This document shows positions 54,857 to 64,000 of a stretch of DNA of 64,000 bases, in pieces. How positions within the stretch are numbered: position 1 is the stretch's first letter; each line of letters begins with the position of its first letter. This DNA comes from Epiperipatus broadwayi (Eukaryota > Animalia > Onychophora): NCBI GenBank assembly GCA_028023455.1, contig JAQFVV010000002.1, positions 12,958,001 to 13,022,000 of the forward strand, in the 5' to 3' direction. The notes under the pieces are model-generated. The model was not told the origin of the DNA and did not search any database. It worked only from the letters and a program-made list of their open reading frames with translations. The position numbers and the translations under genes were made by a program.

Positions 54857-54901
54857 ACACCTGAAGAAGAGTGGAGATTAATACTACTCGAAACATTGTG
54901 T
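54857..54901 (+). ncRNA. Solitary type I hammerhead with intact core
   Basis: ACAC-CUGAAGA-A-GAGUGG AGAUUAAUA CUACUC-GAAA-CA-UU-GUGU. Confidence 0.65.
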
Positions 54902-55714
54902 AATTACTAACCTGTATTGTCTATTTGTGTGTTATTACTAACAAGTTGTTTGTATTTGGAAAGTTTAAATAAAGTAAAAGAAAAATGTTTTAAATATAAG
55001 GAAATATTTCAAAAGAAAAAAAATGTCACTAATTTTTGTTTGATTGCCTTGGTTATTAGTATAATGTTGAAACAGACACAGAATATAAGTTGTGGTTATG
55101 GTATACCAAGACACAAAATAATCTTTTAATGAGTTTGGAAACCAAGTGATACCATTATTTCAGTTATAGAGGAAACATCTAATCATTAAACAAACAATCA
55201 TGCATACAGTATTGTTATCATCTGAGCTGAAAAATTTAAAACAATCAGTTGGGCTAATATGAATTAAACTTCAAAGAATAAATGCAGATTTAATTAATGT
55301 AAGCAACTCCAAAGACAAATAAATGTAAATCAAGGATAACTACAAAAAAATAATGTTCAAAATAAATAAATATGGTGATTATATTTGACCTTATTCAACA
55401 TACTAAATAAATGTTTATTGACAAGTTATAAATTGCATAACCAAGTAAATAAATAAATAATTGAATGAATTTATTGCTCAGGAATTAATAAAAAGTTGGA
55501 GTACCAAACATGCTAGAACTGAAATTGATTCAAGGACTTTACATTCCAGAATCTGAAACACTACCACTGTACAAAACTATGAAGCTCAAAATAATCCGAT
55601 GGCTTTTTTTCTTGGGACTTCATAAGAAGTTTAAGGATTGAAACCAAAAAGAATATTATAAACTTTATTAAGCACTTTACATCTTTACAATATAATATCA
55701 TTCTAAACCATACC

Positions 55715-56030
55715 AAACTCTCCATATAATAATGTCACTCAGTGTAAACTTTAGTAATCAATGGGTGCAAGAAGTTTTGTGCATAAGATCTCTATCTAAT
55801 GCCTACTCATCCAATATCCCCAACTAGTTTCTAACTTTTGATTTTCATCAGTGCTTAGGATTGACAGTACTGCACCTAAAACAAAATCTAATGCAACCCT
55901 TTACCAGCCATCTTTTATCTATTCAGTTAACTATGAAGCCGTGAGTCCAAGATAAAAAAAAAAATAATGTTTTCAATCCAAACTTATTTATTTGTTTAGT
56001 TATATAGATCTGAAGTCAGTTCAATATCTA
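55715..56030 (-). mobile_element. Family A diverged copy with decayed HHR (about 55817-55852)
   Basis: AGTAATCAATGG...TCTAATGCCTACTCATCCAATATCCCCAACTAGTTTCT...TCATCAGT homologous to 15920-16190. Confidence 0.75.
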
Positions 56031-57488
56031 TGCATTTTGGGGGGTCATACTTTTATGATATTTGGGCCCATAGTTTGACTTTATTTTTTTTGCTGTTACT
56101 CTACCTATTTTTAGGCAAAAAACTAAAGATACATAACATGAAAGTTTATGATAGTGGCATTTTTCATATTATTATGTGCTAGACTATTTCCATTATTTAG
56201 AATTAATTATTAGATATCTTGAGAAAAATTTGAATCTTATTTAATTTTTTTTATTCAACTGTTAGTTGCAGCTTGCATATTAGTATATAACACAATGATT
56301 TGAGTAATATTTCTCTTCTCTCACCTTTAGGTGTTCCTAACCTGATCACTAACAATAGTAGATATTTTGATATGGCACTCTAACTAACTAGGGATATTCC
56401 GTTAGAGGCAAAATCAGTAGAAATTTCATATATTTGTCTATGATGGTTCTTTTGGTCTCTCCAGTTTTTCCATAATTATTTTTAGGGAAAAGTTAATGAG
56501 TAAATTCCAAACATTTGAATTACTATAGATTGACTTATGAAGCTATGTATCATTAATCATACAAATAGGTTTTTTAAATATTCTTTTTTTCTGTCCAATA
56601 CTCTTGCCTATTCTCAACTAAATATAAATTCACTCGTGCATGCATGGTCTGCTCTTCAGAACATCTGTTTTTCCTCTCTGATAATCTATTTATGCTCTTT
56701 AATTATTCTTCAATGGAGCAACTGATTTTATCAATATATCTCTTTCCACATTTACATGGTATTTCATAGATGCAATTTTTTAGCAGTTCCAGTTTAGATA
56801 TTGATTGCAATATTTCTTTAATTTATTTGGCATTTCCAGTATGTATGATCACCTATAATTGTTTTTCTTTAATCATTTTATTTCATTATCAATTTAAGAT
56901 TTTCTTAATGGAATAATTGATGAATAACCAACCATTCTTGATATTTGTTCTATGAAAGAATTTTCTTTTTTCAAATCATTATATCAAATGATAGGACAAC
57001 TACAACTCCACTTTTCATCACTATTAAATGTTAAATTTTTCCTCTATGTGTGTGTGCATGTATGGGAGTTTTCTGTAAATTGTAGTTTTGATTTTCACAC
57101 TAGAGAATGTGACAAGAATATCTAAAAATACCAATTTTTGTTCTTATTCCAATTCTATTGTGAACTTAATTTAAGGGAATATTTTAGCAATAGTTGTTCA
57201 TCATATGGTCATATAAAAAATGTATCATCAAAATATTGAAGCCAGATTTTTTTATCAAAATATAATAGTTTTCTTGATGTAACTTCATGTATTTTTTATA
57301 TAAATGATATTGATCAGGGGTTACAATGATAAAATTATAGCCATCCCTTGATTTTGTTAGAAGGATTCTGTGTTCTATTTAATAAAGTATATCATTGTTA
57401 TGTGGAATGTTAATAAATGCATTATATTATTAAAAAGAAAAAAATCTTCTGCTTTGTTATTATTTTAAAATAAGAATAAAAGCAAATT

Positions 57489-57581
57489 GTCAAGCATTGG
57501 TGGTCGAGAGGTCAGCGACGGTTGCTTTACAAGCAGTTGTCCCGAGTTAGCGGATTCGCTTCCCGGCTGATGCTATGACAC
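57489..57581 (+). pseudogene. Retroposed tRNA-Gly(TCC)-derived sequence, anticodon now TAC
   Basis: Cloverleaf 57494-57573: acceptor GCATTGG/CTGATGC, D arm GTCG/CGAC, anticodon arm GTTGC-TTTACAA-GCAGT, T region CCGAG..CCCGG with an insertion. Perfect 19-bp TSD ATAAGAATAAAAGCAAATT at 57470-57488 and 57582-57600. Confidence 0.75.
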
Positions 57582-57697
57582 ATAAGAATAAAAGCAAATT
57601 CATCAAAAAAAACCTTATATTCAACATATTAGTGCACAATTGGGTAATAAATTCTATCATGATTAGTTTAAAAAAAGGAGAAATACCAATATAAATA

Positions 57698-57905
57698 GGA
57701 ATTATTTAAACGGAAGTCAATCTCCGATAATGTGCTATTTCTTAAATATTATAAATCTATGCGCACTCTCCCGTTGGTAAGAGTTTAAAAAACTTAAGTG
57801 AATCACTTACGTTTTTTAAACTTTTACGTGCGGGAGAGTGCACTAGATGTATAATATTTAAGAAATAGCATATTATCGGAGATTGACTTCCGTTTGAATA
57901 ATTTC
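57698..57905. mobile_element. Near-perfect 208-bp palindrome (MITE-like)
   Basis: AAACGGAAGTCAATCTCCGATAATGTGCTATTTCTTAAATATTATA versus TATAATATTTAAGAAATAGCATATTATCGGAGATTGACTTCCGTTT. Centre near 57801. Possible TA TSD. Confidence 0.8.
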
Positions 57906-58864
57906 AAAGTTATCAGCGCTTTATAATAATAGGTTTACAATATAAATATGTTATTTATTATAAAAAGAAAAATGTGTCAGTTCTTTATACATTAAAATAA
58001 AAGTGATATAAGTCAAGACAGCTTACACTAGAATATATTAAAAAAGAAAAGTAGTGGAAACATAAAGGAGCTTCCATTGGAATATTTTAAAAAATATATT
58101 ATCCTTCATTAAAGGAATAAACATTATAAAAGTGAATTTGATTAAGTATTTTAATGATAGCTGCCTATACTTAAAATATTAATAGTTTAATGGATCCAAA
58201 AAAGGGCAAACTGGTAAAGAAGTATACCAAAACCTGTAATATTATATTTAACAAGAAGAAAGTTTAATATTCATTTATGTCATTTTGAAAAATAATTCAG
58301 TAATATAATATATAGCTGTATTTATGTTTGCATTGTTATCAAAACTAAAGCAATATACTTTGGGGGAAATATTATTGATAGACTAATAATTTATATGCAT
58401 ATACAAATTGTAAAATTTATTTATTTTATTCATTTATGCCTATAGATGAATAAAGTAATTTCTACTCAATTATGATCATTATTGGTACCACTTTTTATGA
58501 TTTAAAGTTTGAATAATATTATCATCTAAGTTCTATTCCTGGAATTTAGAGTTATGGAATTATTTTCACTATTTATATACATATAATTTGTTGGTTTTTC
58601 TTAATCATTTGAATTGTCTATTAAAAGAATTTGGATTTAAAAATAGATTTGCATTTGATCTCTCTTTTTATTATGTCCTCGTGTTATAAAAGTGTTTTTT
58701 TTTTTAATTTTCATAATCCAAATATTTAGTTTACATCCAAATTATATCTCACCTACTATATTAGCTGATTTTTTTCCTACTGATTGCATAAATTACCAAT
58801 AAATTGTTAACTGCTGAAGGCTTAAAAATCATTATTTTCATAATTTTACATATGGTCTAAAGTA

Positions 58865-59256
58865 GGCAAAACTCACTATATATATTGCCACACACAGCAA
58901 GCTAGAGTAATCAATGGATGCCAGAAGGCTTATGCATAAAATCCCCATTTAGTACCTATTGATCCAATATCCCCAGACTAGTTTCTGGCTTATGGTCTTC
59001 GTCAGTGAGGAGCCTTGGATCTGAGAGCACTGCACCTAGATCTTAGGATCTAATGCAACCCTCCAGAAACCATCTTTTATCTCCATTTAACTACAAAACT
59101 ATGAGTCTTAAACTGAAAACACCTTAATGTTTTCAATCCAAGCCCATTAGCTTATACAGTCATATGGTGATGCTGTGTGTGACAATATATATAGTGAGTT
59201 TTGCCTGTTTTAACAACAGTTATACACAAGCATAAGAGGTGGTAGTCATGTGATGT
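58865..59256. mobile_element. Family A asymmetric palindrome
   Basis: Arms 58864-58899 and 59171-59206. Long spacer continues the minus copy. Tail 59207-59256. 9-bp TSD TCTAAAGTA at 58856-58864 and 59257-59265. Confidence 0.85.
58970..59011 (-). ncRNA. Type I hammerhead ribozyme, family A (stem II mutated)
   Basis: UCCUCA-CUGACGA-AGACCAUAAGCCA-GAAA-CUAG-UC-UGGGGA. Confidence 0.65.
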
Positions 59257-61479
59257 TCTAAAGTAATGATTTTGTAAGTGGAATTTAGTAGCGCCAGGCC
59301 ACTAAAATATATTTTTAAACATTCATACTATAAAGTGTATTTGACTCTATTCGTTAAAGAAAGAAATGAGTTTGTGAATAATAATTAAGTAGTGATGTTA
59401 TACCTCATACAAGAAAATATGGTATAATTTGTTGCTGGAGAAATCTTCCTGATATTCTTATAACCAACAATCCAAGAGGGCATTTTCTCTTTCTTTATTA
59501 ATTTTATTTACCACATCCTCTGATTATTATAATGTTCTATTTATTTGTTCCAGAGGACATCAAATTTGTTTGATAATATGAATCAGTATAATTGTATTTT
59601 GGCTTTGAATACAGTTTAGCCTTATGATTAGAATTACCCTTGTTTAAATGAAAGAATAACAACTTTCTGTAATACTGTCTTATCTTAAGACATTTGAGTA
59701 GTAAGTTGGTTGAATCCATTGTCATTATACATGGATACATATTTTTAGGGTTGTGCCATCACATAGCTGATTGTGCTATTTCCCTTTAAAATATCATTTG
59801 AATTTTATAATAAAGATTTGATCCAGGTAAATCCAATCACTATATTACATTTTAATTTGATTTCTTAACAGGGATTTAATTAAATAATATGTCATTAGAG
59901 CAAGAAATTGAATAAATCATTTGCTGTTAAATAGAGATTCAAAAAACAAAGTTGTGCATTTGAATACCATTAAAATTATTAGAATTAGGATAAATCAAGT
60001 CTATTAATTAAACACTATAACAATTAAGCACAAAAGATTTCAAAAATAAAAGGCACACAACTAGGCAAATAAAGTAAACTTGCATTAACCAAATAATGTA
60101 GAGGAAGACAAAGCATTATCATAATAACATGATATTAATAAGTACTTTGGATGTGGAGAGTAGTTTCTGGTATGATTTATCTTATCTCATAATACTCAAA
60201 AAAGGAAATACAGTTATTACTATTTCTTATAATATGTTATTGAATCACAAATTTGGAGAAGAATAATCACCTTATAAACAGATTATTAATGAAATTCAAA
60301 TGCATGGAAAAAAATATGAAAAAAAAAATTAGTTGTGTAAGTATGAAAGAAAATTACTAGAAAAATAAGGAACAAAGTCAACTAAATATAATGACAAAGA
60401 AGAAAAATTGAAAAAGAAAATTTAAAATATAAGGAAAATCAAGTTTAAATCAAAGTATGTAACAAATATAAAGCAGAATAATATTCATGTGGAGAAAAAG
60501 ATGAAAGAAAGCATAAAACATTACCAAGTAAATATATGGCTAGAAATTTAAAATTATAAACAAGAAGATGTAAAGAAAATTTTGAGAATATGGAAAAAAA
60601 TTGAGAGCAGAAAATAATATGGTGTTTAAAAATAAAAAATTAAGAGATTCAAGTATGTGAAAAGGGGGGGGGGGGTAAGAAGTTGAAATGTAAAATTTTA
60701 AAAAATGATAGGTCACCATAAATAAAATCTCCAAAATGTGGACTTTGAATTAAAGAATGTGCAAGGAAACATGCAAATTGTAAGTGGAATAATCAAGACT
60801 CAAAAACCAAAAAATGTTCAAAAATTTAAAAAAAACAAAAAAACATAATAATATAAAGAAAAACTGGAAAGATTAAAAAAATAGTGTCATGACTAAACAA
60901 AAGAAGAAAAGATCAGCATTGCTCAGGGATAATTAAATATGAATAAGTTAATCAAGAAAGTATTGATGATAGAGATTGAATGAACCAAGAACTTTTAAAT
61001 TTAAAGCAAAATCTCAATATTTTATGTTTTAATGAAAGTCAAGTAAAAGAAACATCGGCAACTAAAGAAAAACTTCACAAACATTTTAATTTGTTGTTGG
61101 AAGAGAAAGCACTTTTGAAACATTGTCACTCAATATAATGGATAAACTTCAAGAAGTTACTATTAAAATTCAAAAAGAAAACCAAAGTTATTTTCAGAAA
61201 TAACATCATGAAGTTTGGTACTAGGGAGGTAAAAGTAAAGATATAGGTTTCACTTGTCTCAAGTTAATCAATTTCCTATAAATCTGGAACAAATTAACCT
61301 AAGAACTACTGACTCTGGGAAAAGTACAAAGTTAACTAATAAGTTTCATTAGCATTATGAAATTCTAGGGTGAAGTATGGAAAATCCTCATACAATATCT
61401 GGGAAGTTTAGAGCAATTTTTCTCTCTAAGTATGCTTGGAAATAAAGAGAAAATTTTAATGGTTTTAATCTCCTTCAAG

Positions 61480-61900
61480 GAGCTGTCAAAAACTGCTGGT
61501 CATTATTTAACAGGCCCAATACATATGAAGATTTCTATCATATGACCTGAAGAATTATTGGAAGAAAAAACCAAGTTAACAATACAAGGTATCCTAGTGA
61601 AGTTATCATCCAGGTCAACTTTTTCTCTACCAGATATCAAATTTGAGAACTATTGTGTTCTTTGTCTGAACAAACAAATAGGATAATGTCAAAAATACCC
61701 AGATACTCCAATAAATTTTAGAAATATCAAAATATAAAATTTAAGAATTCACAAATAAAAGATATGAAAATGTTAAAAGTAAGATTTTTTTTTTTAAATA
61801 GTAGGAAAATGGTACATGATTCAGCAATATAGCATCAACTGTGATACTAGCAGTGAGACTAAAATCAATAACTACTGATTATAGATATGAATAATATGTC
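61480..61900 (+). pseudogene. Decayed L1/Tx1-like RT relic
   Basis: Ordered pieces KTAG, DFYHMT*RIIG (like EFY..FW.IIG), FENYCVLCLN (like NYRPISLLN) and VILAVRLKSI (like KILA.RLK). Confidence 0.45.
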
Positions 61901-62419
61901 ATAATAAGTTAAATGATAGAATCTCACTAAGATTGTCAGGTAAATTAATGAATAGTATAGGGAGATTCTCTAATCAAACAAATAAGTAGTATTATTTTAG
62001 AATATGACAAGGATATTATATCTTATTGTGGACAACATTGCTCAAAAATTATAATTCGATAGAAAGAACAGATTTCAATGCATTAATAATCTCAGGGAAT
62101 TATATTTCAGAGTTGAAAGAAAGAATCTGGAAGGAAAATATAGAAAAAAGTCTGCATATATCTGTTTTGACAAACATATATATCTTTAGTAAATGATAGG
62201 AAAGCAAAGATGAGCAAAATTATTAAGTGTATTTGAAGTTATTTATTAAAGAAAAACTACGATGTGTGGTTAATAGTTATTTGTATGGATATTAACTTTC
62301 ATTAAAAAAGAATATGCAGGAAACTGCTATAGCATCACATCTGTTAACACCCTTGCAATTTTCATTATGGATTCATAGCTTTATAGTTAGTTGAAAAAAT
62401 AAAATGCAGTTTCTGTAGG

Positions 62420-62600
62420 GATGAATTAGATTCAAAGATCTCGATGAAGTGCTCTCACATACAAGATTCCTCATTGATGAACACTTTAAACTAGTCTGGG
62501 AATATTTGATGACTAGGCATTAGATAGAAATTTTGATGCACTAATCTTTTAGCATCCATTGATTACTATGGCTTGCACTAAGTGGCAATGTTGTTTGGAG
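62420..62600 (+). mobile_element. Family A diverged copy, HHR stem II deleted
   Basis: TCCTCA-TTGATGA-ACACT-TTAAA-CTAGTC-TGGGAATATT...GCATCCATTGATTACT. Confidence 0.7.
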
Positions 62601-63004
62601 AAAATTGATGCTGTGTTATGAATATGTATGATTTGATTCTGGACTAATCTTCCTATATCATCTATCCAAAATAGCATTCTTTCTCTTAATTTTATTGGTC
62701 ACATCCTCTGGTGATTATATTGTTGTTATTTATTGATTTTTGAAAACTTAATTATGTATTTATTGTCTATGAGCTTAGTTTGGCTTTATAATTAGGGTCA
62801 TCTATCTTATTGTTTAGATCAGGCATATCGATTTTATAGAATAATACCACATCTAGAGTTGATCATGCAATATACGTGGGTGAATCCATAGTCAGTACAC
62901 CTAGATATATTATATCTCATATGAGTTTAAAATTAATATTGTTTGATTTAGATAATCCTGATTATATCAGTGCAATATATATATATATATGTGGAGGGGG
63001 AGTA

Positions 63005-63480
63005 TGTGATTGACTAATCAAAAGGGATATCCTTTGGTTAGTGGTAGCTTGGACAGATTTGCTATTGTTTTCATTTGGCCTGCAGAATTGTGTCTGATTG
63101 GTTATTGCACATCAATACACTTTGGCTGTGAATTTAACCTCCCATATATATAATGGTTATCCCATTAATATTTAATTTACACCTATATTAGCCATTAAAA
63201 ATATTAAATTTAAATACATGACTTACTGATGGGAGAAACTTAATTTTTGTTAAGATGTAAGAAATGTTGCTATATATTGCATCTCAACTCTTATAGCTAT
63301 AATATCCAGCTACTATATCATCACATAACAACATGAGTGACTGATTGAAAGAGGCTTCCTTTTGATTAATGGTATCTTGGACAAGTTTGCTATTGTTTTT
63401 ATTTAGCCTAACGAACCATGTCTAATTGGTTGCTGTACATTAATACACCTTTGTTTTAAATTTAACTTCATATACATACT
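63005..63480. repeat. Diverged direct repeat of about 145 bp at about 330-bp spacing
   Basis: CTTGGACAGATTTGCTATTGTTTTCATTTGGCC versus CTTGGACAAGTTTGCTATTGTTTTTATTTAGCC. Confidence 0.7.
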
Positions 63481-64000
63481 GGCCTTTCCATTTACTAATT
63501 AATTTACATATATATGCAGTCAATTATACTGTTTAGTTACTGGTCTCTCGGGACTTATAAAATCTGTTTTGATATTATGAACTACATAATTGTTTACTGG
63601 TTCTGAACTTAGGTTTGCTGTATGCATTTACATTGTAACTGAATTAGTTACTTCCTTATTTTCAATTAGTGAATTATTCTGAAAATATTGGATCCTTTTT
63701 TTAAAAGTTTGTAATTTATTTTTTTGGGTGTGAAATACATAATTTTATATTTAAAATGTCGTCTAGAAAAGCTGTAACTTAATTTAAAAATCACTTCAAA
63801 AACATATTAAATTACCTAATGAAAATAGAAATGTCATAAATCTAATGTAAAAAATCAAAAATGTCTTTTAAGATATCTTTATTCATATATTTTAAAAAGA
63901 ATGTAATATGGAAGTTATTAAGTATATTTATAAAAGATATTACATTTAGGAAAAGATAAATGAAGATGAATTACTCCAAGTGTGTGTGTGTGTGTGTTTA

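Noticed and set aside
56330-56382. Strong-looking acceptor followed by VPNLITNNSRYFDMAL*
   Set aside because: No supported upstream exons; such sites arise by chance in pyrimidine-rich DNA.
269-60734. Remaining 60-96 aa ORFs in the track
   Set aside because: Low-complexity I/F/L/K/N-rich translations expected from AT-rich DNA; no recognisable domains other than those noted as transposon relics.

Overview
A very AT-rich, CpG-poor eukaryotic (probably invertebrate) intergenic or intronic window with no host gene I can support. It is dominated by Penelope-like retroelement (PLE) material. One PLE 3' fragment encodes a GIY-YIG endonuclease and is arranged as a 1.56-kb palindrome. Several unrelated non-coding families (A-E plus singletons) each carry a minimal type I hammerhead ribozyme (HHR); about 20 intact or decayed HHR motifs were read by eye. 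Seven insertions share one geometry: a target-site duplication (TSD), two divergent inverted copies with 3' ends outward, one copy with a 22-51 nt extra tail, and the tail-less copy always extending further 5'. Two different elements carry an HHR whose C3-G8 core pair is replaced by A3-U8. Many HHRs are damaged by CpG decay at C11.1-G12. Also present: a piggyBac-type TTAA insertion nested in one palindrome arm, a hAT MITE with an 8-bp TSD, an RTE LINE 3' end with TSD, a retroposed tRNA-Gly derivative with a 19-bp TSD, foldback elements, tandem repeats and heavily decayed LINE and piggyBac ORF relics. All calls come from reading the sequence and manual translation; no searches were run.
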